This document shows positions 13,901 to 29,219 of a stretch of 64,000 nt of DNA, one piece after another; positions within the stretch are counted from its first letter, which is position 1, and every line of letters begins with the position of its first letter. This DNA is from Bugula neritina (lineage: Eukaryota; Animalia; Bryozoa): positions 9,600,722-9,664,721 of the forward strand of contig OZ037766.1 in the NCBI GenBank assembly GCA_964035545.1. Reading direction: 5' to 3'. The notes under the pieces were generated by a model. It ran no database searches. It worked only from the letters and a program-made list of their open reading frames with translations, and had not been told where the DNA came from. The position numbers and the translations under genes were made by a program.

Positions 13901-16900
13901 ATCTCAAAGGAAAATGAGACTTGCATTTGATGTAAACTCTTAACTCTACATCCTCATCTACCTTGTAGGAAGGCTGCATGAAGCATACCTTGTACTCGAC
14001 TATAACAAACGAAAACATAAATTATGTGCCCACACATTAGTATCTAACGAGCAATAGCAATAGCGTGCAGGAAAAATAGGTATAATGTCAAGAAAAGAAA
14101 TTACTACGAAAATTGGATAAATGTTTCATTTGTTGTGCAACAGCAAACAAACAAGTTTGCAAAACAGTAAACATATGGCAACCTGGTCAAAAATCCAACT
14201 TTTTAGGTAATTAAGATTTCAAAATATGCATTAAATAACACATATTAAATCATAAATATGATTTGTGAACCAGTGAGGAGCTGCTCAATATGATAAACAA
14301 ACGTTTTAAACTCTGAGCTTCAAAAACGCCATCAAAAATATAAAATCAACTCACTTGATAAGAAAAAAACCCAAAAATTAACTGTTAAGTTTAAAGTGCC
14401 AACTCTTATTGCATTAACACAGATGGAGCTGCAGAGAACTCTATGATGAGTACAGTTTCAACTTATAACAGATGTATCCAGCATAGTATAATCAAATCTT
14501 TTAAATTTCTGACTAATTTTAAAGCAACTTCCATTGAAAGATAGTTAAAAATAGTTCAAGCTAATATTTATACATTATAATTTAAATTCTAAAAGCCTGA
14601 TTTGCCATTTAATGCAATACATAGTTAAAAAAAACTTTTAAAGGCAAAACTGCTCATTTTAGAAATACAAGGAGATTCACACACATATATACATATAAAT
14701 ATTATAGGCAATATCACTGTCATGTAGCATGAAAACTTTTCAAAGGAAAATTTTGTTTTCTGTGAAAAAAAAGCTTCCAAGTGTAAGCAACTACACTATA
14801 GTATACTTTCTAGCACAGATGCTAAAAGCATACTCCAAGATGTGCTAGAAGCATAAGACGTGGACATTCTAATTAAAGAAAAGTGTACTCACTGAAAGAC
14901 AGGATGTTCACCATGTCTATTGCTAAAGGAGACGATACAAAATCTGTGCTGTTGACTACCAACTGCCACTCTTTATTAGCCAGTTCCACTGCATGTGAGT
15001 CACATCCAGGTTGGGGGTCTGGCACTTCTCCCTAAATTTAGTAAAGCAGCATGATAAAAATATACAGCAATTATGTGGAAGAATATTACTGATGTGTTAT
15101 AGCACACATGCCAATATTTACTTTCGATGAGTGTTATTCTATGTATAATTACCATGGCAAGGAGAGCAAAGTTTCCAATAAAAATTTGATCTACTGGCCT
15201 ACTGCATTGAAAACTCAGATTTCAGTCAAATTTTAAATGATTGATTGTTGATACAAGCTTTGCTGAACAACTATACTGGAATATAACCTGTTCTATTCTG
15301 CTGGACATAAGCATACAATATAACTAACACAAAGCTGACAGTATGACTCACACAGATCAACTGCAGCAAATCTGACTGAACTTTGCACTTAGTTTCTGCA
15401 GATCTGCATATTTTCTCTGCCATAAACTCCAGAGACAATGTGATGTAATTTTCCACATCAGCGAGTAGGTATGCACCTTTCAGAGCAGTAGCCAGCACCG
15501 AGGTGAGGAGATAATACCACTTTTCCTTTCGGTAATCCTGTGCAATGCTTGTCAATATTCTACAGAATAAGTCATAGATGCCTCAGCATATTTCTACACT
15601 GATGTGCCATGCCCGGTTAAACCAATCATTGTCTAATTGATAAACTACACATTTCAATTTCTTTTTAGCCAACATCGAATTTTCTACAAATTTCTGATGA
15701 CTTCAGAGTTAAAACTTACTGCAGTGCCTTCTTGTATGCTTTGGAATAGTAATGCTCTTCTCCAATCATCACCACTGTAACATAAATAGCAAGATGTGGG
15801 AGAAATCAGTTGTGTACAGTATCATGTATTCATTCTAATGAAGTGTGCACTTAACCTAGTTAGTGATTATATTGTTACTATTACACCAGAGTAAGTCTCA
15901 GCATGCTATAGCCATACTTTAAAAGCTGCGAAAGTAAAATAAGTACTAGTAAGCATATAAAAATACTATAATGTGCTGCGAGATAACGGTGCACAGTTCC
16001 AGGTCATGCCACCTACAGTTGTCAATACAGTATAAAGTTGATATTACATTATATACAGACAAATAGTAAACATACAGAGATGAAGCTTCATCCGGGTAGA
16101 CCGGTGCTTTTGGAAATGGTTAACAGCTAAAGTGAGCAAGTTTATTATCTCCCCCTGTAACAGCACAACGGATATGTGTCAGTATATAAAGAGGGGTGCA
16201 TAAAATTATGAAAATTAATATAATCGTGTATTCATAAAAATATAGCTATAATAAATCATGTACAATGGCTGCAGTAAAGTTTGAAACACACATGCCTGAA
16301 ACACATTTATGAGAACAAGTTTAAATATAAGATGACAATTTAACGAGCTTGTCAACAAAGTTTTAATTTTGAAATGCCTTTAACATATTATTTGAGTCTA
16401 ATTTAGGAAACATGTATGTAACTAAGACGGCCCAATGTTCTGCCTTAAACTAAGACAGCACACATAAGAAAGCACATGTGATTTCAAATAGCCTGAAGTC
16501 TCACTACTCACAGAGTGGTCAGTCTGGAGCTCTAAGGCCTGTAGGGAATGAACAGCCTGGTCAGATACAACCCAGCCACCTCCTTCCATGCTAGTGGCAC
16601 CTGAGAAATGTCACAGTATAATATAATGAGAACATCAAACAACTCTTATGCAAAACACATCACACAAAGTACTGTATAAAACACACCACACAACATACTG
16701 TAGTTGCTTATATAACATACCTTGCTGTTGAAAGACAGGAAAGGGCCTGTGGCCATAAAATTCTACATGATCAGCTGGTGCAGAAGGTGCTAGCCCATCA
16801 GTACGCTGAAAGATATAAAAATAATTGATACTATTACAACTACCAGAATAGCCTCAACACAGTGAAGTAATATAATGAGAAGACAACATAACAACTAAAT

Positions 16901-19900
16901 GCTACCGACATTAAACCAAGCCCAGAAATTCATCAAGTATATAGACCACATATAGCAAAGCCTCAAGTCATCTACACAATATAATCCACGACTCTAAGAA
17001 TGACTCACTTGGCACAAACCAATGCAGAGCTGCTTCCTAGTAATGGAGTGGTTAGCAGCTTGAAGGTAGTAAAAGCCTGGATGTTGAGTCTGCACTGCTT
17101 TCAATCCCCGCTTTATGGCATTATCAAATATTTCCCCAAACAGCTGCAGCCTACATAAATAGAAAACCCAGAAATTGTTAATTTTTTAATGTAATCACCA
17201 TACAAGAACACATCACAATTTATTTTTATACTATAGTATTGAAGACAACAACGTATCGTATAAAATACTCAAGTTGACACAATTTTAGTTCAGATTTCAG
17301 CTCAATGACTTGAAGCAGTTTGAATGCAGCCTATAAAGGTTTCACTATGCCATACAATCACAATTTATACTAGAAGCTGGGGGTTCAACAGCTGAAAGTA
17401 AACAAAGACATTTGACAACAGTAACAAACCTACAAAAATTACATCATTTAAAATTCATAGTAATGCATCTCAAATAATATTTGAGTAAATTATAGCTCTT
17501 TAGCAACACTTGGTAATTAAAATAAAATTGATGACAACATATAACAGCAATGTTGCATAAGTATTTAGTAGTGTATATATTTTTTCCAGTGGAAAAAGAA
17601 GACTCACTGTTTAGACACCCATGCGCTGTGTTCAAAGGCCAAGTTTGGAGGACCAATACGCGGCTTGAAATAGTCAACGTGTTTCCTCAGCTGTTCAATG
17701 GCATCTAGTGGTGTATTGTGGTAAAATGCTAATGAGCATATCTAAAATATTAGCACACAGGAACAAAATCATAAGTTTGACATTTAATTATTTTGCAGAT
17801 TATTATTTTGCTTTCAGCATAATACAATTATGATAACACAGGATGCAGTTTGAGTAAACTTTTTATCTTCCTCATTTGACATGCTGTGCTAATTTACAGT
17901 CCTTTAAAGCTCATAGTATATAAACAAATGTTCTATAATATATCCACTTAGATAGTGTCACAGGGTGGTATCTACCTCAATATATTGCTATCTAACTTGG
18001 AGTCATCATGAAAATATTATTATGAAGTCTACACTTTTTTCGCTTATTTTGGTACTTGGTGTCCATCACGTATTATACAGTAACACTTGAAAATCCAAAT
18101 ATATTAGTGAGTGCTTCATGATTAGTCCGGCCTAAGCATTATACTTTATGGGAAATAATGAGATTTTTTTTATAGAGCTGCTTAAAAGTTATTGAAGTAA
18201 TCAACTAACAAGTAATAAATACAACACCACAATTAATTTGTTAAAAATTATAAAGCAAACAAACCCACAAAGTAAAGAGCGTAACATTGCTTTAGAGTTT
18301 AGGAAAAGTAAGTTCACATGGTGATGCTATAATATGTTGGCACCAAAAAATAATGACACACAATCTATCCAATCAAAATGCAAATACATAGATGAAATGC
18401 TGAACAGTTATTTTAAGAAATTTCTAGAGAACACAGTTAGATGCTAAAACTGCAAATTGAACACTGACTTTAACTAGTTTAACACAAATGATCTATATAA
18501 ATATGACACAATATATACATTAAAACTATTTATATATTATACCTTGTAGTTTATGAAGCCAGCTATAGCTTTAACCTCCAGATTATTTTGATCATTAACC
18601 TTTGTTTCAAGACAATAGCCATAAGCTTGCTTGTAATGTTTCAGAGCCATTTGGGTGTCTTGTTTGAGTTCATTAAAGAATGCTATCTTGAACTGATGGC
18701 GGATAAACAGTACCTTAAACATGATATGGTAAACAGTGAATATATTTACAGATGAAAATTGAGTTTCCCGTAGCCTAGATCTACTATTAGTTGAAATGTG
18801 ACTTAAAACATGAGCTTCGTTATAAATTGTGTGTGTGTGCTTATGTGTGTCAGATACTACTTCAATTTCTCTTGCAACTGTTTAAAACTTAGTTTATATG
18901 ATTATTTCAATTCTGATACACATTAAAAACTAGTAGTGAATAAAATAAAATAAAAAACAATTAGAAACTTACAGCTAAAAATTTAAGGTTTTCGGGAGAT
19001 TTACCATTTTTGGAAGTATAAAAATATATAGCCTCAACATGATACAAGTTTGCTTCCTAACAAACTTATGAGAACATTGGAAAATTTAATAGAAATTTAA
19101 AAAAAACTCTATAATACAATATTGATAACATGGACTGAAGACAGGGTGCTTACCTGGTGGGTAGTTCTATTCAGATAGTCACGATGCGCCTTCACTCGTC
19201 GTATATTTGTTGTGTAGTAGTTTTGGCATAGCTCTAAGAAAGCATTCTCCAACCTAGGCAATTCATTGCGCACGATGAAATTAAATATGAAATGGATGCT
19301 ACTTCACTATCATTACCAAACATCTCTATTGTTTCTCAGCTTGTACTATTAGGTTAATGGCAAAGAACTATGAGAGTAATCGGTAATAACTATCAACAAA
19401 TCACAAGGGAAGATCTTTTTAATAACATGTAGTACAACTTTTCCAGCATTTACCTGATGATGTAACCAAAGAGGTGATCGGTTTGTGGCAGCACAAAAAG
19501 TGATTTAGGTGAAAGTTCACATTCTGTACAAAAAGCAGCAGCTCTGTCCGCTGCCAAGCTATCCTCGCCTGCAGCAAAACCATAAGCAATACAATGTCAA
19601 GTTTATGCAAATGACTTTCAGTTATTAAAATATTTTTATATTAGTTGTTCGCCTTACATTTACCAGATGTTTTATCAATATATAATAAATTTAGAATAAA
19701 TTTAGATATTTTAGTGACATGTTTTACATTAAGGGGAGCAAATAGTAAGGTTTCAGCATTAATTCAAGTAGACGAGCCCGTATTTACCTCTAGCCAACGC
19801 TGTATAGCAGTGTTCATATTTGGACTGACTACAAGTATATCTACTGCCATTTTATAATGGCACTCTTGTCATTATTCCCAGGCTTTTAGTTGAATAGTGT

Positions 19901-21857
19901 TATTGCTATAAATCATCACTCTTGTGTATTGTAAGTTGAAAACAGGTTATTTCAATTTTTGCATGTTCAACAATTTGAAGGACAGTATTTTTTAATTCTT
20001 GGTATCTGTAACTGGGTAGGTTAAGTGTTACTCTTTTAACAATATGTAAAGCCTGCGCTTCAACTTTTTTAGAACTCTAATGATTAATCTGCGTATTGCA
20101 GCAGATAAAAATAACAAATAACAGGAGTTAGCAGTAATCAGCATCAGTTTTCTAATGCTACCAACCCTGAATTGGATTAAAATGCAAGCAGCAGGTGAGT
20201 CAAACTGTCAATTAATTACCGACATGTGCACAAAATGTACTATAAAGCCAAATCACTTAGACATTAAACCCCGAGATTTTATTTAGCTAAGATTACTTTT
20301 GATATTTTGATACCACATAAATACAGATAGACAGCCCTGCTCTTTTTCAACTGCTAGCATTGCTACGCTTTGAAAAGAAGCATTTCTACAATTTAACAAA
20401 TTTGTTTTTTAAGAGTCACTAAAGGCACTAGTGAGAAGCACTCAAACGTCGTGTAAATATTTTCGTGAGTTATCTTCTCAGTAATGACCAGCCACACATT
20501 CGTCGGACAAAACACATAACAAATAGTTCAAGTGAATGAGTCTTGCACAAGATAAAAAATGCCCTGCCACATACACAACTATTTTTGCAAACGGCCCTAG
20601 TTTATGTTAATTGCTAAAATTCTATTGACCAATCAAGTGGTGCTTATCGCCGATTGCACTCTTTCATCCATTGTCTTTAGTGGGTGCACTCACATGACAT
20701 AAGTTCAGTTAGAACCCTTCGATAACTTGATAATGTGAAACAAAACCTACAGAGTTGGTCTAGTGGCAAAATGGAAAAGGTTCTGCTCTACACTGCTAAG
20801 CAAGTGAGGGCTGAGACTCATTGTAAACTCAAGTGTATAGATACAAACCTGGCGGCAAAGGAGGAGATCTTTGAATGAGGACAGCAGCTAACTTAGTTGA
20901 TCTTTTCTCAATACTATTTCTGGAATATAAAAATAAATGAGTTGATGAAAAATTTGAAGAATTTAAATTCATAAAATTAGGTTTCAATAACTGCACTCAA
21001 ATACACAACAAATTTCCACTTATAGTTACAGCCATAAAAACTACACGATTCAAACTGTAAAACCACTATTGGATACTGTATGTGTTAAACTAGTACATAA
21101 AATAATACTCTTTCAGCAGCAGAAATAATTCTGAATGTCCACCTAAATTTTAGTTTACAGTATTAAAGATTTTTAACGTAATATGCCGTGAAAGATTATG
21201 ACCATGAAACATGCAAATACCAAATCTTAGTTAATAAGCATTACAACATATGAGCAGTAAAAAGCACTTTAGAACCTTATAATGTTGAGTCGACTAGCGC
21301 ATTCAATCAGCCGCTCATTCCAATGTGGATCATCCCAATCAAGATCAAAAAAGGTGATAATCAAGGATGGCACCTTGTCTAAATGCTTAGTCATCCAATC
21401 CCGCTGAAGTATGCCTTTTGGCGTATACCATTCATAACTGGATCTCTAAATTATATAAAAGACTAAGTTTAGCAAACAAAATAATGCACATAGTTATAAA
21501 GAATATTTTAGCATTTCGAATAGTTCAACTCCACTAGCTAGTTCACAAAAAACTGTGTGCAATTCAAATCTCAAATGTTGAAGCTTGAAATCTCAGAAAA
21601 ATAAACTACAATGTGCAAGCTTTGCCATATAGATACTAATTAACAATATTCCTTACCTTAGCCTTGGGTTTAGGATACTCATGGTCAACAGGCTTGGTCA
21701 CAAAATTTAGAGGAACACGGTCTGACTTTCTGTTATTACAAAAAAGATCCCAGATGGCTTTATGGACAGCATTGTATGTTGTTTCAAGACCAGCAAGAAT
21801 TACTAAACCGTATGGTCTATATCGTAAAGCATCAGGAAAATCAGATGCCCAAGACAT
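7954..21857 (-). CDS. TRAPPC11: Trafficking protein particle complex subunit 11 (foie gras/gryzun), multi-exon
   Basis: Exons give [34 protein letters not shown]...[41 protein letters not shown] and [21 protein letters not shown], matching TRAPPC11. ATG at 21857; last exon 7980-7954 (PVDYAAAD*). Confidence 0.95.
8209..8331 (-). repeat. 4 x 31-bp tandem repeat of the penultimate TRAPPC11 exon end plus its 5' splice donor
   Basis: Units start at 8209, 8240, 8271 and 8302. Minus-strand consensus is TATTCCTCAAAGTGTATATGTAATG|GTRAGT. Confidence 0.95.
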
Positions 21858-23329
21858 GAATCTTTGTGAGGAAAACTACAAATAAAGAAAATCACATGAC
21901 TTATTCAATAAATTTTTATTTAAAGTTAATTTTTTTACAATTATTAGCTATAGTACTTCAAATTCTTTTACTCATTGTCCCATGACTTAAGAATTAAAAT
22001 AGATTTGCTGCCAATCATAGAAAATCAAACTAATAATACTAACTTTAAAATTTATAAACTAATTTTTGTAATGCAACATGTGTCACGTAAAAATGACGGT
22101 CATTTTAAAATATATAGGTATTTTTAAATGACCCAAGTCAGCTTAAATAATTCTTTTAGTTATTTATTAATTTGACACTTTTACAAATACTTTCAGACCA
22201 TGACTTGACTAGCCATTAAGTTTGACTTGACTTGTTATGACTTTAGCTCATCTTTAATTATTGAATAAGCTCTCTTTTAAGAAATGTAGGTATAACTCAA
22301 AGTTTAATAGAAACACTCAGACAATCAAACAGCTAAACTTGACAATTTGAATTTCATATTTTCTCAAAAATATTTATAATTACAACTCAAGTCTTTACCA
22401 GTTAATGGCTAAAATTAAATCAAAATAAATTTTTTTCTGAAGTTATCGTAGTTGTTGAGCTTAGAGGTATAATTCTTTTTGACAAGTTCGTCTATTTTTA
22501 AGCTAAGACTAAGAGCTTCAGTGCAGATGCTTTTATTTCAAGTTAGTGCTACAGTTACTGGTTAGTGTTAAATTTATAGTTAGTGTTACATTTTGATTTT
22601 TACTGCCTACTGCTACGCTTACTGTTTAAACTTTGAGTTAGTGCTGGTGCTGGCGTTGGAGCTACACTCAGTTTTCATGATTACTGAGTTATTCACATAG
22701 TAGTACCATTAGTGTTAAAGTGCTACACTTACAAGTTCTACATCTACTGTTACACTTTGACTTACTGCCTACTGGTTAAAATTTGAGTTACACTTACAGT
22801 TACTATTGGTGCTACAGCTACACTCAGTTTTATTGATTTACCCAAGTAGTATCAACTAGCACTGTTAAACTTAAACTGTTAGTGTTAAAGTAAAACTAAA
22901 AGTGCTACTGCTACATAAACATTTAGTGATTTACAGTTACACTTAGTCTAAGTCTTACTATTAGGGTCAGTGCGAGACTTACAGTTACTCTTAATAAGAG
23001 TAAGTCTAGCACTGTCTAGTGACTCTAGCCTAAGTCTATGAATCTAAGTCTGAGTAAGTATAGTTCAAGAGTCTTAATGTGACTAGTCCTACACTTTGAA
23101 CTTCAGTCTGGGCTACTGTTGGTGTTTTTATTTGTACTACTGTACTGAGACGTGTACTGCCACTGCTAGTACTACTACTACTACTACTACTACTAGTAGT
23201 ACTACTTCAGTATGACTGTGAGTACCTGTATTTGTTAACAATCAGCATCATTACTGTTACAGCCTACAAGTAGAACTACTATTAAATCTAGTACTGCAAG
23301 TACATCAACATAAAAATTAAAATGATAAA

Positions 23330-23900
23330 TTATTAGATCCTTATTATTAATTTTAATGATTATGATGATCAACATCATTATGTTTAACACAATCATAATG
23401 ATATTATTTATAATGATAAAAACTGTCGATAGATTATATTAAAATAACCAATGTTGTGCAAATTAATGCATTATGATTAAATCACAACATATGCAGCAAT
23501 TATTGAATTAATGATATTGAATTTAATATTTAAATGAGAAACAGAAACTGGCAATTGATTCAAAGGAAACGGTAGTTTTTGAACGTTTCAATAGTTCGCC
23601 GTTTTAAAGCTTATCAAACGAATTTTAATTGGTTTATAATCTTGACTCGTTGAAAGTAGATTTTGTAATCATTTCCATGATTTGCTAATACAATTGGTTT
23701 ACTATTTATATCATAATAATCATTGTGGATTGTGGACTATTATTTTACGGTTCCCTAATTAAATCTATTAGCCGCGCCCACTGAAACGTTGAACTAGTGC
23801 TAGTAGTACGTTGATGTTCATTCGGCTACGAAAGTCTGTTGATTTTATTGCTCAGCCAGTCACAGTGTGAGTGGTGAAGGTTGCTTGCAATAAGGTAAAC
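23330..23900. promoter_or_regulatory. Probable bidirectional promoter region for TRAPPC11 and VKORC1
   Basis: Head-to-head genes. Candidate 5'UTR donors on the minus strand near 23225 (CAG|GTACT) and the plus strand near 23894 (AAG|GTAAAC). GC-box-like GCCGCGCCC at 23771. Confidence 0.5.
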
Positions 23901-25186
23901 GTGCTCCTAGCATGTCACAAACTAAAACTGAGCTGAGTGGATGAACTTGAAGAGTTGAAAACGTACGTATTTTATTTTCACTTGATGCATGATAACTAAT
24001 TAGTAATTAGTAATTACTAATTAGTGATTAGTTTTACGGATACTGATAGTGATATTGAATGTGATACTCATTCTTATCTCAGACTCATATTGATATTCAT
24101 ATTCATATTGATTGCTTATTGCTACAAGTATAACCATAGGCAATACTTGTACTCCAATATTAACATCTCATTAAGTTTAACTCAATAGTTTAACTTTATT
24201 GGTTATATAACTATAACTATGGTCTATAAGTATAAGCTTCGTGCTACTTAGAGTTACTCAGTTAGAGTTACTGTTAGTCTTACAGTTGCTGAGTTGATGT
24301 AACTGTAGCTATAAGTGTTGCTTTTGTCTTTCATTTTTGATTGTATTTGATCTTTTGTCTGGTATTACGGCTACTTGTAGTAGTTGCACTTACAGTATTA
24401 GATTAAAATGAGTAGCACTATTAGATTAGGTAATACTAATTGTATCACTATTATAATAATGGCCATACTTCAGTCATACTCATAGTCATGGTGAACAATA
24501 TCAATTAGGAATAATATCATATTTTATAATAATGGTAATGGTTATTATTAGAATAGTGATTATCATTATGATTATTATAATTGTTATTTTTATAGTGACA
24601 TATCACTAAGTATAAGGCTTTGCCTAAATTGTGGTAATAATTTGTATATTTCACCCTGGGAGTTCATTGCTATATTTGCTGTCTGTACTGGAGATGTCTA
24701 TATAGTAATAATGTGTTTTAATCATTCAATGCTGAAACATCTATAAGTAGTAACTTTCCCGTTTTTATCATTTTAATGACCATGTTGTGAATAATATTTA
24801 ACAATAGAAATTTGTATTTTTCATAAATACAAAAATTTATTCATTTATTCTAAACAAAAAATATCACTTGCCAGTAAAATATCAAGCTACCAAATTGCTT
24901 TCTTTCAAATCATTAGCACCACTGCACACCTACAGCTATATAACCTATAAAGCATAAATTATATCATTAAAGCAGTAGGTGACAAGTAGTGAAGGTATAA
25001 TTATAGTAGTAAAGTCTACAATATATAGTGAAGCCATATAGTAAATGTGTTAATAGTGACCTATAGTTTATGTTAATGTGAATTTTATTTAAAGCAATTG
25101 GTAGCAACTCTTATCAAGCGAAAAGTTTGGTAAGGGTTCATAATAACATTTGTATTGGTATTATATATTTTAGAGAGAAGAAAATA

Positions 25187-26421
25187 ATGGCTTTTAATAG
25201 GAAAAGCTCACAAATAGTATTTGCCTGCATTGGAATTCTTGTGTCATGTTATGCTTACTATGTGGAAACTTCTAAAGAAGTAGATACAAGTTATGTTGCT
25301 CTTTGTGATATAAATCCCAGCATTAGTTGCTCCAAGGTTTTTACTTCCAAGTAAGTTATCATATTTTATGTATATTATTTATATCATTTTTCGCAAGTAC
25401 TGTCATCACCTTTTAATATTTATTCAACTTGTACTGAAGGAATAATTCTGCACATTGAGTATATTTTTAAACTACATGTATATAAGTTTTCTGCTTTAGA
25501 TGGGGTAGAGGTCTGGGATTACTGGAGAACATCGTTGGCAGGCATCATGTATTGAATCAGCCTAATAGTGTTTTTGGCATAATATACTATATAATTTGTA
25601 TAATCTCAGGTATGGTCTATTTGCCCTCAATAGATTTATGAAAATTAGTTTCTTCCGTATTGATTAAGACTTCTATGAATTAATTAAGCAAGAGATTTCA
25701 AGTGTTTAGAGATTCAAAAGTTGGTGCAGTCAATACTCAATTGCTTGTAAACTATTTATTAGCTTGGACTCACTACTTAGCTGTGTTTGTCTAGTATATA
25801 TTTTATTCAATAGTTCATCAAAAAACAGAGTATCTGTTGGTATTGTGAAATAAGCAGTAATATATAGCATACCCAGGCTGTCCTCAACACTTCATAGCAT
25901 ATAGAATATTCCAATGTGTTCCTAGAAGTTTCTAATCACCGCTATGAAATTGACTAATCATGTCTATCATGTTACTGCTTAGCTTTCATGCATAATTGAT
26001 GATATGTCAATAGCCTATTTCCTGCTAAAACATACATGATATTCCACTCATCACGACTGGGTCTAAACACTCAAAGCAGGGTAATGTTATAGTGGAGAAA
26101 CTGGCTGGGATGTAGTATAGTAAAATTAATTTTGGTAACATAAAAATATAAATGTGTTTAATGTTATACTTGATTTGAATTTATGTAAATCTTTCAATGT
26201 TTGTAGAGATGACAACAAGTTTGATGGCTGTAAAGCTAGTAGTAGCTGCCAGTATATTATCATTCGCTAGCTGTCTGTGGTTGGCCTATATACTTTTCTT
26301 CGTCTTGAATGACGTCTGTGTTGTGTGTATTTCTATGTATGTGATCAACACCACTCTTTTAATCGGAAGTATTGTGAGATACTCTAGAGTTATGGCTCAT
26401 CAAAAACATAAAGAAAAATAG
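25187..26421 (+). CDS. VKORC1: Vitamin K epoxide reductase; exons 25187-25350, 25500-25609, 26207-26421
   Basis: [52 protein letters not shown] and the redox CXXC (CVVC); C-terminal KHKEK resembles a dilysine ER signal. VKORC1 versus VKORC1L1 orthology cannot be resolved. Confidence 0.95.
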
Positions 26422-28109
26422 TTTGATTTTCAAATATTTTGCAGTTATTATATGCGGAGCAATAAACAGCAATACATTCATTACTTTGATGTAGTTGTGC
26501 TGTATGTTATATAGTTGGCTGCAAAAAGTTGTGTTTTTTTTCAACTTGTATAAGTTTTACTCGTCCAGAAACTATATTATATATGATTTTAAAGTTGTGC
26601 ACTTATTGTCACAGCATTTAATTGTATTTTCTTAAATATACGTAAACAGCCAAAACATTCTTGTTGAATATAATAGATTGAAACCTAATGCAATAATTTA
26701 TAGTTTCATTCTAATTATACATTTTATTGCATTATACATATCTATTAATAAGCATGTTTTGTATTGAAATAAATAAATTACATACACACAGTGTATTTTG
26801 AGCTCTTACAGGCATGTTTATTATGACGGTACTATAATATGATTCTGACACTTCATGGAACAGTGTTAATTCAAGTATTTATAGACAAGCTGCTGGATGT
26901 CACGAAATGTCACACTTATTTAGATTCTGTACAAATACTATAAGCTTGCTTTATGCTATGCTTACTTCAATCTGAAGAAACTTAAACCTAAAAACTAAAT
27001 TTTAGTCACGAATAATGATGCAATAAAGTCCTTTGGGATTACTATCTAAGCACAAGCTTGTAGCAGCAAGCCAGATTGATAAATCTCTAATTTGTTGTGA
27101 CAAATTCTCCCATATTTCACTTAGCAAGTAAATACCCATTGCTTTAGAGATTTTTGAAAATTTTCTTTAGCGTTTACACCAAGTTTGTTCAAATTATGTA
27201 TAAAGTGTGTATTGACCTTCACAGCTTCTACACCAAATTAGCAAAGATGAATAAATCAATAAAATATGTTAGTATTCTATTTACTTACAAACCAGCAACT
27301 TGACATACGTGTCTGTAGTGGTGCGATCAGTGAAAGTGCCCAATAAAGTTCTAAGGCAGACCAATATAATTTATTAAAAACACCACTAGTTGTGAGCTTT
27401 GAGTAAAGAATGATGAACACAGCGAAAATATTTTTAAGCTACACATTTAATATTGTTTGCATTGAATGTATGTTTATTAAACTTAAAAACTGTATGATGT
27501 CATTACTATATTATGTATTACCAATATACTGTGCGCATACTATAACATATAACAAAGAGCTATGTGACTTATTCATTGTTATTACTTAGTTGAAAACTAA
27601 TATACATTATTGTATTAAACCCACTAAGAACAAGACAGAGCGGATCGAGATACATGTAGGTGTGGTGAGGATACAATAATGTATTAAATAAAAGTAGTTG
27701 CCATTTATTTATGTTTCATAAAGAAAAAAAATACAGTTTCATTTTATGCCCAAAAACTTTTGGGGGTTGTTGCTAACAGAAATAATATCACACTGAGGAA
27801 TAAACCATCACTCCATGTCTATCTACACTTTCTGACTGGTTTGGTTTTCAGAGTTATCTTACCTAAACTATAATGTTCCAACTTACATCTTGTGCTGTGA
27901 AAATATCGGGGTTATTTATAATACGCTGATAGCATTTGTGATCATTTTATCCAACAACGATATAAGCCTGAGGTCTAAACGTTAAACATTATAGACACTG
28001 AACTGAAATAATAATTTTATTATGTGATTCGTTTGGACGATAAAGCTACCGCGGGTGTAGTATTAATCTATGTCATGAACACATTATTTTGGTATTTCCA
28101 CTACAAGTG

Positions 28110-28118
28110 CCCGCCAAA
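28110..28118 (-). promoter_or_regulatory. E2F-like site TTTGGCGGG upstream of MCM10
   Basis: A rare GC-rich motif in an AT-rich region, upstream of the probable 5'UTR donor (GTAAGT at 28456). MCM10 is an established E2F target in animals. Confidence 0.5.
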
Positions 28119-29219
28119 CTAAAACTCAACCTCTACTTTATATTTAAGGCAATTAAATTTAATGATTTATTTTAAGAAATAATTTGTAATAATAAAATGA
28201 CTAAATCTATGATTTTAGCAAAGCTTTGTATTTTGGTCATGCAACCAGCAATATGCTAAACTACTAGTAATAGAATTAAATACAGCTATTGTCATTGTGA
28301 TGGACTTGGAGCCCTAGCCACAAGACTTGAAAGTTGAAACTTAAATTTAAAATAAAAATTAAATTTAAACTTGAAGTTTAAACTAAACTTGTTTGACTTT
28401 AAACGTTATACCTAGCCTTTTCAATATCATTAGCATACTAATTTTTCTTTTAAAAGTAAGTTGGTGAACAACTGTTATAATAACTTATGATTATTAAATT
28501 TAATATTGATGATATTATCATAAAATAAAAATCATTATCATTATGATTATACTTAATCTTATAGATATGTAATGTGAAACTAGAAGTAGATGTAATTAAA
28601 ATCAAATTGTACGCTGTAAGACTAAGAATAACTAACTGTAAGAGGCCTAAGAGCAAGCCTAATAGTAATACTAATAGTAATAGTAATACTAATAGTAATT
28701 AGGAATTTACATTATTGGGACATTGATGATTGATTTGAGTTATAATTATAATATCAACTTTTGGCTAGTCAATGAAATTTTTGAAGACAGATTGCAATCA
28801 GTTTACTTTTCAACCTTGTTCAATTGTACTAACCATATTTTACTAACTAAAAAGGATGATTTTCTGCATTTATTGTTCAATTTGTACTTGTAATACTAAT
28901 ACTAATAGGAAAGAGATAAAGATTGATGTAATTTTTATGCATCAATGCTTACTAGTATTTGAAACCTTTTTACGTAAGTTGACGTTATTAGAATCTTTAA
29001 TTTGGTGATTGGTGTTGGTTATACGTTGATCGCAGTCTTTTCAAGCAGCATCTTTCAATCAAAATATTAGTACTGCTTATATAACAGTGTCTGCCTATGC
29101 ATAACAACACATTCATAATTGCACCTTAAACCTATCAGTGATTGTTTAACCATATGATATTTACTTAATCAAAATTATTCATTGTTTAAAGTTTTGTTTT
29201 TAGCAAAGCAAATTTTAAA

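Noticed and set aside
28450-28656. 68-aa hydrophobic ORF upstream of MCM10
   Set aside because: Arises from AT-rich low-complexity intron sequence and has a non-ATG start.
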